Source: Tubiluchus corallicola
Taxonomy: Eukaryota > Animalia > Priapulida
Direction: 5' to 3'
Length of the DNA stretch: 64,000 bases
Assembly: GCA_030141605.1 (NCBI GenBank)
Contig: JAQGDQ010000524.1
Span: forward strand, 1-64,000
The notes below the pieces were generated by a model, which worked only from the letters and a program-made list of their open reading frames with translations, was not told the DNA's origin and made no database searches. Positions 24,520-39,192 of this stretch are shown piece by piece; positions within the stretch are counted from its first letter, which is position 1; each line of letters starts with the position of its first letter. Both the position numbers and the translations under genes were made by a program.

Positions 24520-24910
24520 AATATAACTGATGATTGTACAATACATTGTTTAATGTCACAATGAAATACGTGCAGTACATTGTTTTATTGTCACAACGAA
24601 ATATCTACAGCCCATTGTTGTTTTGTTTCAACTGAAGATTGTACAATACATCGTTTATTGCCACAATGAAATAGGTACAGTTTATTTTTTATTGTTACAA
24701 CTGAAGATTGTACAGTACATCATTTATTGTCAAAACGAAATATGTACAGTACATTTTTTTATTGTTACAACTGAAGATTGTACAGTACAGTGTTTATTGT
24801 CGCAATGAAATACATACTGTACATTCTTTTATTGTTATAACTGAAGATTGCCCAGTACCATTGTTTATTGTCACAATGAAATACGTACAGTACATTGTTT
24901 TACTGTACCA
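24520..24910. repeat. Degenerate minisatellite (TGTACAGTACA / ACTGAAGATTG units)
   Basis: Direct inspection. Confidence 0.8.
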
Positions 24911-25339
24911 ACAGAAGCTTGACCAGTGTACTTTAATCGAAACATAAAGTACAGCATTTTGTTGTTGATTTTAATGAATACAATAAAAATATTCATCTTA
25001 ATACACTGCAAAGACGTTTTGCAATTGTTTCAAATATTAATAGTTAAAGACAAAAATTTGTTTTTGCATTGTGTTGCTGACTTATTCTGCTGTTTTTGAA
25101 AAAAATCTGTATTAGTTCAAATTGTTGAAAATGGTTTATTTTATGTAATTAATAAATTTCCATATGTTTTGTTGTATATTAGGATACGAATGTCTTGTGA
25201 ATACAATAAACAAAATCATCGTCATTTAGTTCTAGTGTTAAATTTGTTTTTGTTCGTATTTGATCATTCACAAAAATATCTAAAACTCTTTTCTTACTTT
25301 CTTTTAGTTTTTTCCTTCCTTACTTTTTCGGGTCTTTGA

Positions 25340-25625
<286 letters not shown>

Positions 25626-26468
25626 TCGTTCCTTCGTTTTCTTTCGTTCAACATATGACATAATTGTGTTTCCAAATAAATTACTATGCTAATTAGTATT
25701 ATTTCTCCAGAAATAATTTTTGTCAGTTGTACTTTTATTATTTTATCAATTTATCACCACGATTTATCGATACTGCAACGCAACACCGCTAATGAAGGAG
25801 GTGTGGGTGGTCGTGGGTACGGGAGGGGTATCAAACAAACAATGGTCGATATATATATATATATATATATATATAGTCCATACACATCTTTTATTATGCC
25901 ATGTACTATCTACATCTGACTGAAATATTTACACTTACATGTTGTTGCAACAAGCACAGTTACAATACATGATTAGATACATTCACCAATGCAGTTACAA
26001 CCCGAACCTAGCGTTGTGTAACTGTGCAATGCTACACGGCACATTATTAAAACAATGTTTTAAGTTTTAACTCTGCTAGAATTTTTCGACTGAATCGCCA
26101 GCAGCTTTTACCAAGTCTGTCTTGGAATCTATGCCGTTTACAGAGGAATTCACAGCTGCAGTTTTGTTTTTCTCCACCAGGGCGGCAGCATCGTCTTCTG
26201 GATCTCCTCTGTATGGCCCCTTTGCGAGGCACAACGCTGTGAGGTAAAACAGCGATGATACTACTAGCACCACTAGCGCCATTCCATGCACCACGTATCT
26301 AAATAAAATAAATTTATGTTAAAGGGTAGCTGCTACATTTTATGATGATAAATTTGTTCAGAGAGGGCAGCACGAGTTTTTTTTGTTTTCTTGGCACCGC
26401 CATAACCAATGCATGAATCACGTATCTAATTAATATAAGTGTGAGTAAAAATGAACTTGTTATGTTTA

Positions 26469-27145
26469 AACATAATTTATTATAGGATTGGATCAGACAG
26501 TTTGAACAACACGATTTAGGATCCTCAACACAACAGACTTTATACACTATTTACAAAAACATTTACAGTAAGAATTGACTATAACTACACAAGCTGACAA
26601 TTTTTGCTACAAGATTACATTAGACATTAGTAACATTTACAGTAAGAACTGACTATAACTACACAAGCTGACAAGTTTTACTACAACATTACATTAGACA
26701 TTAGTAACGTTTACAGTAAGAATAGACTATAACTACACAAGCTGACAAGTTTTACTACAAGAATACATTAGACATTAGACGTACATGACTGATGCATTTC
26801 ATATCAGATAGAAACTACTGGAAGCATTTAGTACGTAATATAAACTCAGGTATGCATTGGAATATTTTACAGTTAGCAACATAGTTAAATTCATCTTTTC
26901 CGCATAATAACAACTTCAACAGATCATTGGTTCCTAAGGCAGCTATATTAAGGTTTTCGATCAGAAGTATTTCATTTAGTTTATCAAACATAACAACCCT
27001 AGCTAGTTGATACAATAGGCAGTGCAAGAAAAAGTGTTCAACAGACTCAAATCGAAATCCACAGTTACAATTCGGCAATACTGGATGACCGTTATTATCT
27101 TTACAGCGTTTAGAGAAAAGGTCATTGTTTAGCTGAGAAAATCCG
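26469..27145 (-). mobile_element. 5'-truncated CR1/L2-type LINE with 21-bp target-site duplication
   Basis: GFSQLNNDLF...CNCGFRFESVEHFFLHCLLY...FILRTKCFQ*. AAAATGAACTTGTTATGTTTA is repeated at 26448-26468 and 27146-27166; tandem duplications in the 3' UTR. Confidence 0.85.
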
Positions 27146-27541
27146 AAAATGAACTTGTTATGTTTAGTACCACAAATTCGTTCAGAGAGGGCGCCACGGA
27201 TTAACTTTATTGTAATTCCTAGCATCATCAGCACCATTACATGTGCCGCAAACGTAAACAAAAGAGCATCGGTCTAGGTTCATTTCAGGACAATCTCCAG
27301 ACGGGGCGCCACAGATTAATTTTGTTTGCTTTTGCAAATCATCATAATGTATGTAAAATTGAACTTCAAATTTCTTTAAAGTTTGTAGATATAAAAAGTA
27401 AGATTTAATTTTTTTTCAAAATACCTGGCAATTAACAATATCATTAATTAGATTATGACTGTGAACGCAAAAGATTTAGTATTTAGTATTATTGGTTTCT
27501 TTACATTTCACTGTATGGATTTTTTTTACCTCAATAATATA

Positions 27542-27582
<41 letters not shown>

Positions 27583-27924
27583 TTTTTTTATTTATTAATT
27601 ATATTAATTAGATATATTATTAATTATTATAGATATATATTAATTTTTATACGTTGTGTGGCTATTAAGTAGAATTGCGCCATCACGGCCTTTTTGCAAA
27701 TGAAACGCTGTAGATGATTGTGTTGAAATAAATAGCCACGTGTTTGCTTAAAGGACAAGAAAAGGGTTAAGTACAGAGATTTGCAGGAAAGTTGCCAAGC
27801 AGGCAGCAAGGCTAACAGATTACATAAATAAATAAATCTTTCATTTTACATTATGTTTACGTAAATCACTCTAATTATTACAGGGTAATCTGGCAAAAAT
27901 TAAAACACAACAGTATAAAAACTT

Positions 27925-28331
<407 letters not shown>

Positions 28332-28970
28332 GATGCAAGGCCTGCAATCAAAAAGGTAGTATGTAAGGGGTATAAAATTTCAAAACAATTTTTTTAGCTT
28401 TATGTAAGTGGAGTGATTTTCTTGCGCTTTAAGAAGGTGCTGGCTGTTATCTTTATGTCATGATAAATTGCAAAACGTCGTTGAAGTATTTTAATTAATC
28501 ACACATGTGACATAACTGTACCAAGTGACTGCACCACTGAAAATTGTAGATTTGATTGGCCGAACAGGTGGCCACGTGACAGGAATAGGTAAGCATGATC
28601 GTCATAATTACCGGAAGCTAGTCTTGTCATACAGCCAACAATTTCCTGTCCCGCCACACAAGTCATCTTGCCACAGCGTGCAAGCAGTATCAACCATGGC
28701 ACCAGTAATTATTGGACCAGGCAAGAAAGCTGAAAGTCATAGATGTATTACTAAACAAACCAAAGATTTATACTGAAGACAAGAATGTTGTTAAAGGAAA
28801 ACATAACCATTTCTCGCCCCATACCCGATGCGGATACCACAAATATTTTTTTCTGGTAATTAAATAATAATAATACAAATATTACAGGCAAGATCACAGA
28901 TGTTGTAGTAAAAGGAATTATAATTTTTTACTCGCTAATAAATAGAAATTTTGCAGTTCATTGCAGGTTA

Positions 28971-29630
28971 TCATCATCATCCAATGAATCATACGTCCAG
29001 TGACATGATTCTGCTCACTTCCCTCTGCCAGATCATCATCATCATCCAATGAATCACCCGTCCAGTGACATGATTCTGCTCACCTCCCTATGCCAGGACT
29101 CCCTGCTCGCCGCAATGCCCCAAGTACATTTATTTCTAAGGATCAATGCTGAAGTGTTTAAATTTTTCTGTGCAAAATCTAAATATGTTAGCATTTGTCC
29201 TCCTGCAGGTTTTTATCTGGTTCTATGTCTTGTTGAAGAGCTATCTTCACTGTAATACCATCAGGTAGTCTAAGCATATGCCCAATCCATTTTAAACGGC
29301 GTCTTTTTATTTTTCTTGTCCAAGGTTCTTCTTTTATTTTTTTCATATAGATCTTTGTTTGAAATTTTCTTCGGCCATCTAATACCCAAAATGTTTCTGT
29401 AATTTCGCGTTTAAAACGCATCGGTTTCAGCTTTATGATTTGCTTTTAATGTCCAGAGCTCAGAGTTATACAGAGATACAGTTTCAACTAAGGCTGAGAA
29501 TATTCTAATTTTTGTTTCCAAAGAAATCTTCCTATTCTCAAAAACTTTTGTGAGTTTTGAGTAAGCTGATAATGCCATTATCTTCCGTCTTGATATGTCG
29601 TCTTCTGTTGCCAGCAGACTACCGAGATGC
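28971..29630 (-). mobile_element. RTE-clade LINE 3' fragment, degenerate
   Basis: HLGSLLATEDDISRRKIMA...KIRIFSALVETVSLYNSELWTL and RRRLKWIGHMLR motifs; (GAT)n tail; duplicated terminal ~60 bp. Confidence 0.8.
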
Positions 29631-29822
29631 AGGTTGCTCCCTGAGGGATAACATTAGCAATATGCAACACTCTTCGAAATATCACATCATTGAATAATTC
29701 CGATAAAATACGAAAAGTGCCCTTCCCAGGAACACCATTGCGTTTGTTAGGGTAACTTACTGATTTTGCACTTCGAAGAGCGTTGCATATTGCTAATGTT
29801 TACGCTGAAGAGGCAACTTGCA
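29628..29822. mobile_element. ~195-bp hairpin element (MITE-like)
   Basis: AACATTAGCAATATGCAAC-CTCTTCGAA and its reverse complement form ~60-bp imperfect arms; mirror ~48480-48674. Confidence 0.65.
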
Positions 29823-30819
29823 ATGGGTGGTGAAATATATGTTTATCAGCAAATAAAAACGTGATTCATTTTATTATAATATCTACGATTCCGTCTAAAT
29901 TCTTTGTTTTATACTAAAAATTGTAGATAAAATGTGCAATTCTCCACACACAAAAAGTTAGTTCGCGAAGTGGATTAGGATTAGGGTAAGGATTAGGATT
30001 AGGGATAGGGTTAGGCCTGCCACGAACTGGTCCCCTCTTAGAAAGAAGAAGGTAGCCTATGTGAACCTCTCCAAATACGAATTTCTTCTGCGTGATGCCC
30101 CACTTTTGATAGAATCTGGAGGCGCACCTGGCAGGTAGACAGCTATTGCCATCTAGTAGGGAAAAGTGTAAAAAATGTTTTAGCAGACTGACACAAGGGC
30201 AACGGTTGGGTTGGGGTTAGGATCAGGGTTAGAGTTAGGAATAGTCCTGATTAGGGGGTTTAAATTGTATGGGGGGATTTTGAACTTGTACTTGAAAGGT
30301 TTCCAGTTCGAGACCACGTTTGGTCAAAAAAATATTGCTTACATAAATACCTGCGTTACTAAAATTGCACATAATTATGATGGTAGTAAAAGAAAAAAAC
30401 TTACTGACAATTGAAAGTATAAAGGTTGACATAGCCAATGCCAGAGGCTTCAATTCATCATCAACACTCCTATAATGATGAAAATGATCGTATTTACAAC
30501 TAATTGTGTTAATTAGTTCTATTCCCTAATAAGCCTTTTCAAAGTTTTTTTGTGCGCATGCACTGTCGCTGTAGGTCAAAGGTCAAGTGTACCACAGCAA
30601 CGCGTCTTAACTACAACCGTCAGGTAAAAAGTGTGTGTAAAGCAAAACCGACAGCCGCATCAGTTCAGTAAAGTCAGTTGTTCTACGTTAACTTTACTTA
30701 TGCATTAATCATGCATTAGTCTGGGAATAGAGTGATTTACTAGCAGGATCTTGCTTGGGAAAAATGAACTACGTAAGTTTCTAGCTAGCTATTAAAACTG
30801 TTACTATTACAACAGCATG

Positions 30820-31109
30820 GGCTGTCGAATGTGTGTAGTTCATCACAAACTAACACATCTGAACTGAGAGGTACAGCACCTGTTTTTTGTGCAGTGCGTT
30901 TTCGAAATGCACACGCTAGTGTCCGTTTAACTAGCAAATGGTGAAATGCATGTAACAGTGAAGAACTCGTGGTGCGAACGTGAAATTGTGTTTATGTGGT
31001 AATAATTCTTTCACGTAAGTCATTTTTTAAAAAACACCATGTTTCCTTTCAATATTTTAAAAGAGTAGACTTTTTTGAGCAGAAATTTAAGATTAGGTTG
31101 CGTTTTGCT
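30820..31109. mobile_element. Kolobok/T2-like MITE, partial copy (one half)
   Basis: Matches the second half of 5485-6063, ending GTTTTGCT|TTAA. Confidence 0.7.
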
Positions 31110-31699
31110 TTAATCATCTTGTTCAACCCACTTAATTATCATATTCTTATTTTTCTTAGGCCAGTTGCTTTTCAAATTTGAATGTTTAGATGGTGCCACC
31201 AGGCTTCCATAGGACAGCAAGGGGCGTAAATCGAAAAACGATAAATTCCTCTTCATTTGCATACCGTATAATCAACGTCATAGCTGCAGTTTCCGACGGA
31301 GACGACAGTGCGCCACCTAGTATCAAACAGGCGACGTAGACGTACATCTTGATTCCGCAGTCCACTGAACACTGACCGTCCACGGCATAACCGTTGCCGT
31401 TTTCAATGCACAGGCAGTCAGAGTATACCTGTGATGTAGGAAAACAAGTTCTAATTTGTGTCTTCACAGACTGTAGACTTGTCTGTCTAAGTATAGTGGT
31501 TTAGCATACAGGGCATTGAAATGCAAAACCACATTTTTCTCTCGGACTCTTTTCTGTGGAATTATTTTACGTTAAATCGCTTTTTTGTTAATTACTACCT
31601 CATTAGCTTCAAGGAGAACTTCAGAAAAACAGATATTAACTAAATATATGACAAATTAATTTGTAGTGATTATATGAATTCTTTTCCTCTAAACACGAA

Positions 31700-31749
31700 C
31701 ATTCATACTCATATTCGCATTTGCATTCTCATTCACACTCACACTCAAA

Positions 31750-31787
<38 letters not shown>

Positions 31788-32140
31788 CGCGCATGCACAC
31801 ACACACACACATGCGCATGCACACACACACACACATGCGCATGCACACAGGCACACACACACACACATTCATTTTCATATTTATATTCACACTCACACTC
31901 ATACTTACATCCTCACTCACCCTCATATTCACACTCACATTCACACTCACACTCACACTCACAGTCAAACTCTCACTTATGCTCACACTCACATCACACT
32001 CTCACTCACACTCACACTCACACCCACGCTCACACTCACACTTATATTCATACTCACACTCACACTCACACTGTAACTCAAACTCACATTCATGCTCACA
32101 CTCACGCTCTCACTCTCATTCACACCCACACTCACACTTC
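31700..32140. repeat. (CA)n/(CACACT)n degenerate microsatellite
   Basis: Direct inspection; differs in length from the mirror at ~46125-46600. Confidence 0.9.
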
Positions 32141-32507
32141 ACAATTTCCCCTGAAACCCATTGGCAAGCTCAACAATGAAAGCCCTCCTCCTGGTAGCTG
32201 GGCTTGTTTATTAAAACAAAAAAGAGGAACTAAATACCTCCTCTTCTCCAATAGTCGTCTCATTGAGACAACCCGCGTGGCAAGGAGAGAAGTAAGTCCA
32301 GTTGTCTGAGCCACACACGCTGTGATACAAGTTCTGGTTACAGTCACACTCAGCGTTGCACTCAGCTGTTAAATTAAGACTGAAAATATAAAAAGATTCA
32401 AATAATCAGTAAATAATCACATAATTCATTGCAATTTATAAAACTTCGATTTAAATAATTGAAAAAACAGTTCCATGATCGAACATGACAAAGGTCAGTT
32501 TCTGGCC

Positions 32508-32947
32508 TTTACAAATGTATAATGATCTAATTATTATAATTTAACACAATAAAAGTAAATATTACTCACATCGTGCGGCTATGACAACTTAATACATCCT
32601 TGGAACGTCATACTGATTTACAGCAAATCAGGTAAAGACGCTACAAATAATTACTTGAAGAATTTATCTAAACATTATTTAACGTTTACTGAGGCTTCTG
32701 TAAGCGTATTTAGTGAGGCTCAACGTAATTTACAACTTCACAGGAAAAATTACAGGTAAGTTCACATAGGTGCTGCCACCTACATGTTAAATTGTAAATT
32801 AGGTTGAGCCTCACTCGTCCCTACCCGATTTGCTGCAAACCAGTATGACGTTCCAAGGATGTATTAAGTTGTTATAGCCGCACGATGTGAGTAATATTTT
32901 CTTTTATTGTCTTAAATTATAATAACTAGATCATTATACATTTGTAA
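32508..32947. mobile_element. ~440-bp foldback element with ~125-bp terminal inverted repeats
   Basis: 32508-32635 (TTACAAATGTATAATGATCT...GGAACGTCATACTG...) is the reverse complement of 32822-32947. An extra inner inverted pair lies at ~32712-32741 / ~32785-32815; mirror 45318-45757. Confidence 0.8.
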
Positions 32948-33714
32948 GCAGTGAAAGCAGTCAAATTTATTATTTTCATTTTTTATATACAGAAATAAAG
33001 ATTTCTGAGAACACCGTATGCAATGAAGGAAATTCTTTTCTGTTCCCGTCACAGTTCGCAATGTGGCTACAGCCAAATGGCAGCACATTTGATTCGAGGT
33101 TAACAGCCCAGTGGATACTGTGCACGATGTTAAGCAACGTTGAACCTGATAAGTGAATGGATGGGTGATTGCTTGCTTCGTTATGTGTTCTGAGCATTTG
33201 CATCTGAATGAGAAAACGTTTTGCAAAATAATTCTAAAATTATTATGATGTGTTGTAATAATAATTATTGTTTGGGCGTCAAAGTCGAAGCCACCCAAGA
33301 TTACCAGCCTGCCAGCTGCCAGTGGATGAGTAATTCACTTAGTAGATATTGCTAGATATTCTTGTTATAAGTTTAATTAAAAGGGTGGCTGATTTGCTAA
33401 CATTCTAGGTTTTTTTCGCCACCCTTTCTCTAATAGTAACGATTCATTTTTGCTATGTAGTTGTTTTACAAGAGATAAATAAAATTATCCATCTATCTAT
33501 CTTCTCTGTCTAGTATGTTATCTTTGACTTGTTTTCATATTTGCAACTCGGCAGACAAAATTTCTGACTAAAATTCGTCTCTAAGGTGAAGCGAGTAGAA
33601 AGAATCGAAAATTTCGCTGCCCGTTAAAGCGAATCGTTGTTAAATGGAGAAACGTTCAGAGAGGACATATTTACACATATTTACAAGGGCTCTTTTTAAT
33701 ATCACAACCTCTTA

Positions 33715-34290
33715 AGTTACAATTATTATGTACTATCACCCATTTAAGCTATAATTATACTGTACCATCACCCAATTAAGCTATAATTATACTATATCAT
33801 CACCCATTGAAGTTATAATTATACTGCACCATCACCCATTTAATTTATAATTATACTGCACCATCACCCATTTAATTTATAATTATACTGCACCATCACC
33901 CATTTAGTTTATAATTATACTGTACCATCACCCACTTAAGTTATAATTATACTGTACCATCACCCATTTAAGCTATAATTAAACTGTACCATCACCCTTT
34001 TAAGCTATAATTATACTATACCATCACCCTTTTAAGCTATAATTATACTGTACCATCACCCATTTAAGCTATAATTATACTATATCATCACCCATTGAAG
34101 TTATAATTATACTGCACCATCACCCATTTAATTTATAATTATACTGCACCATCACCCATATAATTTATAATTATACTGCACCATCACCCATTTAATTTAT
34201 AATTATACTATATCATCACCCATTTAAGTTATTATTATACTGTACCATCACAATTTAAGCAATAACTTTACCCTACCATCACCCTATAAG
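33715..34290. repeat. 39-bp minisatellite, ~15 copies
   Basis: ATAATTATACTG(C/T)ACCATCACCCATTTAA units; mirror ~43975-44550. Confidence 0.95.
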
Positions 34291-35344
34291 GTGTTTATGT
34301 TACTCATAATTACTGTACTCACAAACCATCGCTACCACTGGTGGCTGCAAACTGATCACCTTCACAACCCAGAAACAGCATTGGAAGAATGAATGCCGCA
34401 TAGATCCCCAGACAAATCATTATCAGCACCACTGCTCCTTTGGGTAGAAGTCGCATGGTCCTCATGAGCCACCCACCACCCACCAGACCAAATACTGCCA
34501 GCAAGGCTGCTACACCTGTGAAGAAAACAATAAAAGCCACGTGTCGAAAAAACTGTTCGTATCATGTATATAAGGGTGGGTATGAATGTTACGGTTTGTG
34601 GTCCTGATTTGCTAAGTTTGCAATGTTCTAATTTGACTATGTTCTAAAGGCTAATGTAAGTCGTGTTTTGGTCTGCTAGGTTTGCCATGTCCTGATTTGA
34701 TGGGTTGGGAAGGATTTTGTGGGTTAGAAAGGGCAACTTTTGCGAACAGAGATCAGAAAATGGTAAACCTAGCAGATCAGGATTTTTGTTGTCCTTTTCA
34801 TTGTGTTGTTGTTGTAGTTACCTGAAAAGTAATTGATTTATTTAATTTGACTATATTAATTTGGTTATTTACCATTACTTTTTGTTTGCAGTTAATCATC
34901 AATCATTTTTCTTCATTTTTGAGCAAATGTTTTGTTTTCTTGTTTATCAATTTTTATTGCTCATTTTTGTTGTTATCATAAAAACATTTCTTTTAAATGA
35001 CACCTATAGTTTTATATATATATATATACATTCGTCATTGTTAATTACAAATCATGCACTCGTTTCAGTACGAGTAAGTGGTTTACATTGTTATTTACAA
35101 ACTTTCTTTATTTTTGGGGTTTTATTTATTGACAGTTAATTATTATTGCTTTGTTTTTGTCGGTTTATTGTTTTTGTTTTCTGCAGCGCCACCTTTTGTT
35201 ACTATCTTGCTTTTGCTTTCATCAAACTTGCCATTTGTATGAAAGGACAGGAGACCTTTGGTCCCCCTTGCCTTACTCCATAGTTACATTTCTTTAATAT
35301 TGAACTAACAATATTGCTGTAAATAAAACCGGAGAAAATAAAAT

Positions 35345-35620
35345 GTTCTATAATTTATGTTGCATGTTCTATGTTCCACGTTTCATGTTCCATGTTCTAT
35401 GTTCCGTGTTCTAAGTTCTATATTCTATATTCTATATTCTATGGTGTATATCCTATGTTCCATGTTCCATGTTTCATGTTCCATGTTCCATGTTCTATGT
35501 TCCATGTTCTATATTGTACGTTCTATGTTCCGTGTTCTATATCCTACGTTCTATGTTCCGTGTTCCATGTTTCAGGTCCCACATTCTGTGTTCTATGTTC
35601 CATGTTCCATGTTCTATTAT
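35345..35620. repeat. Heptamer (TGTTCCA/TGTTCTA)n satellite
   Basis: Direct inspection; mirror ~42645-42920. Confidence 0.9.
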
Positions 35621-35925
35621 ATCTAGACTTGTTAACATCTGTACAAAACACTCACTTGTCAGTAGATTGGCAGTCGAAGCAGTCATATGAAACTGGGATT
35701 CCATGTATTTTGGTATGAACAATGACAGAGCTATGATTGTGTAAAGTTTGAAGCAGAATCCCAACACAACGCACATGTACATCGGATTTGAAATAATGCG
35801 AAGCAACTTCTGTCCCAAATCTGCAACAAATGAATCGCTTAAAGGAAAACGCCATGATTTTTCACATACTACTCTATTTTGAAGTATGATTTTGAGTGAG
35901 GTAAATTTGAATGTTAAATTAAAAA

Positions 35926-36398
35926 TCACACAAACACAATTTCACGTTCGCGTCACTAGTTCTTCGCTCTTACATTCATTTCGCCATTCGATAATTAGAC
36001 GGGCACTAGCACCTGCATTCCGGACAGCGTTGCGCAAAAAAGAGGTGCTGTACCTCTCTCAGACGTGTTAGTTTATGACGAACCATACGTGAGCACAGCG
36101 GTAAATTTGAAATTTGAATTTTTATCTTGACACTTGCCTAGTTTTAGTATAACACAATGAATATTTTACAGTAGCATTGTACTTCAATTTTAGCTTTTGT
36201 AAACACGTGCAACACGCTTGTGGAATATTCTTGCTGTTGAAAATTATGTTAGTTTGTGATGTCAACACTTGGGCTCGCCCGCCATTAATTAAGCTTTTAA
36301 TCTATTATTCAATTATCAGAAACGCTTTTGCAATATTTGCAAACTTTTTACTGTGCTTGACAATGGGGTAGTATATGAAAAAGCATCCTGTATACCTC
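35926..36398. mobile_element. Kolobok/T2-like MITE, truncated copy in opposite orientation
   Basis: Reverse complement of the 5485-6063 family; a short terminal fragment also lies at ~35843-35890. Confidence 0.7.
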
Positions 36399-36983
36399 TA
36401 AATGCAATTAAACACTGTAAGCCATATACAGCACAAAAAATCAAATAAAAAATATATCACATAACGCAACAAAATATTAATAGGTTACATCATGACAGGA
36501 ACTCAAGATAATTGGTAGGAAAGTACAATTACTAGTATTACTGTTACTGTTAGAAAATAAAACAGACTTTGTACGAGTTGCCCTCGGTTGGAGGGACTGT
36601 CGCCAGCTTTCCTTCGCCATGGATAAATCCAGGAAGCCAACACTTGGAGCAGGGGTAGGGTATGGGTCGAGGTCAGAGACAGTTAATTTTTTTGTGTGTG
36701 GTCGACACAGAATTGTCTTTTTTCCTAATTTTTAAGGAACAGCTTTAATGGTTTGGCCAAACTTTCGCTGGAGCTCAATAGATGGCAGCACGGGCATAGA
36801 CAGCGAGGACGCCAACGCTCACTAGCTCCTGGAAATTTACAAGTAAACAGCATCGTTTCTCCTCAAACGGATTCAATATTGGAAGTTAAATAAGACTGCT
36901 TAAGCAAAAGCAGAGCATGCTGTACGTGATAAAGCAAGCGTTAAGAGAGATAGGGGCCTCATTGCTTCTAATGGTAAAGTTAA

Positions 36984-37589
36984 AGGAAGACGGGATGATT
37001 TTTCATACACTACCCCATTTTCCAGTACGGTAAAAAGTATACATTTTCACACAATTAATACAGCAAAAGCGCTGCTGATAATTAAATAATAGATTAAAAA
37101 CTCGATTAACGGCGGGCGAGCCCAACTATCGATGACATCACAAACTAACATAATTTTTTCAACAGCAAAAATATTCCACGAGCGTGTTGCACGTGTTTGT
37201 GAAAGCGAAAATTGAAGTACAGTGCTACTGTAAGAGATTCAGTGTGGCATACTAAAACTAGGCAAGTTTTAAGATAAAAATTTAAATTTACCGCTGTGCT
37301 CACGCATGAGCTGTCGAACGTGTGTAGTTCATCACAAACTAACACATCTGAATAGGTACGGCACCTGTTTTTGTGCAATACGTTTTCGAAATGCAGACGC
37401 TAGTGCCCGTCTAAATAACCATGTTGAAATGCATGTAACAGCAAAGAACTAGTGATGCCAACGTGAAATTGCGTTTGTGTTTTAATAATTCTTTAACGTA
37501 AGTCATTTTTGAAAAAATAGTATGTTCCTTTCAACGTTTTAAGAGTAGACTGTTTTGACCTGCAGTTTAAGATTGGGTTCAATTTTCAT
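36984..37589. mobile_element. Kolobok/T2-like MITE, full copy
   Basis: TTAA|AGGAAGACGGGATG ... GGTTCAATTTTCAT|TTAA. Confidence 0.75.
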
Positions 37590-37984
37590 TTAAATCACAA
37601 GAAAACCCTTTTACTTACATATAACTAAACATATCCATTATTAAATTTTGAATCATTTATATGGTTCCTCATTGCATACAGAGCTTGCGTTAGCGGTAAT
37701 ACTGTATAAAACTTATAATATAATTAAAAGTAAGATTTTATAGAATAAGACTAGATGGTAATGATAATTGTTTGTTTACGACAAATTGCAGTATCACGGT
37801 AGCGCAAGTATGTTCCATATCGATTAGCCCGCGAACTGAACATTAAATAAATAAGTAACTTTGAACTTTGACAGGCAAACAGGCGTCCCTGTTACAGATG
37901 CTAGCTTAAAGTTCGACACTATTAATGCAGAACAGTAGCGAATGCACAGCCAGAACAACTTTCTTGCTGGCATAATTCATTTTA

Positions 37985-38022
37985 CTGTCGTCGTTGTTGG
38001 TGTTGCTGTAGCTGTAGCTGTA

Positions 38023-38057
<35 letters not shown>

Positions 38058-38060
38058 GCT

Positions 38061-38091
<31 letters not shown>

Positions 38092-38206
38092 ATGTAGTTG
38101 TTGTTGTTGTTGTTGAAGCAGGGGTAGTTGTTGTTGTTGTCGTCGTTGTCGTTGTCGTTGTTGTTGTTGTTGTTGTAGTTGTTGCTGTTGCTACTGTTGT
38201 TGTTGC

Positions 38207-38255
<49 letters not shown>

Positions 38256-38288
38256 ATCTTTGTGGTTGTTGTTGTCGTTGTTATCGTT
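37985..38288. repeat. (GTT)n/(GTA)n/(GCT)n microsatellite at the inner end of the left arm
   Basis: Reverse complement of 39968-40280. Confidence 0.95.
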
Positions 38289-39192
38289 TTGTCACGTGTG
38301 TTTTGTTGTAGCGTAGTTACCACCACCTTGTATTCCTTTCAGAAACGACGTTGACACAGTCTGATCCAATGTCTACAATAGTCGAATGTTTGCCACGTGT
38401 GTTTTGTTGTAGCGTAGTTACCACCACCGTGTATTCCTTTCAGAAACGACGTTGACACAGTTTGATCCAATGTCTACAATAGTCGAATGTTTGCCACGTG
38501 TGTTTTGTTGTAGCGTAGTTACCATCACCGTGTATTCTTTTCAGAAACGACGTTGACACAGTCTGATCCAATGTCTACAATAGTCGAATGTTTGCCACGT
38601 GTGTTTTGTTGTAGCGTAGTTACCACCACCGTGTATTCCTTTCAGAAACGACGTTGACACAGTTTGATCCAATGTCTACAATAGTCGAATGTTTGTCACG
38701 TGTGTTTTGTTGTAGCGTAGTTACCACCACCACCGTGTATTCTTTTCAGAAACGACGTTGACACAGTCTGATCCAATGTCTACAATAGTCGAATGTTTGC
38801 CACGTGTGTTTTGTTGCAGCGTAGTTACCACCACCACCGTGTATTCCTTTCAGAAACGACGTTGACACAGTCTGATCCAATGTCTACAATAGTCGAATGT
38901 TTGTCACGTGTGTTTTGTTGTAGCGTAGTTACCACCACCACCGTGTATTCCTTTCAGAAACGACGTTGACACAGTCTGATCCAATGTCTACAATAGTCGA
39001 ATGTTTGTCACGTGTGTTTTGTTGTAGCGTAGTTACCACCACCACCGTGTATTCTTTTCAGAAACGACGTTGACACAGTCTGATCCAATGTCTACAATAG
39101 TCGAATGTTTGCCACGTGTGTTTTATTGTAGCGTAGTTACCTACCATCACCGTGTATTCTTTTCAGAAACGACGTTGACACAGTCTGATCCA
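38289..39192 (+). repeat. 101-105-bp tandem repeat, 9 copies, each carrying an OATP splice acceptor and the first 26 exon bases
   Basis: TTTCAG|AAACGACGTTGACACAGT(C/T)TGATCCA with the AG at 38341, 38442, 38543, 38644, 38748, 38852, 38956, 39060 and 39165. Confidence 0.95.

Noticed and set aside
29975-30260. Telomere-like TTAGG/TTAGGG runs
   Set aside because: Short and degenerate, typical of internal repeats of non-autonomous elements, and far from the palindrome junction, so not evidence of telomere fusion.
38289-39192. CRISPR-like regularly spaced repeats
   Set aside because: Units are full-length tandem copies with no unique spacers, there are no cas genes, and the context is eukaryotic; the same applies to the other minisatellites.
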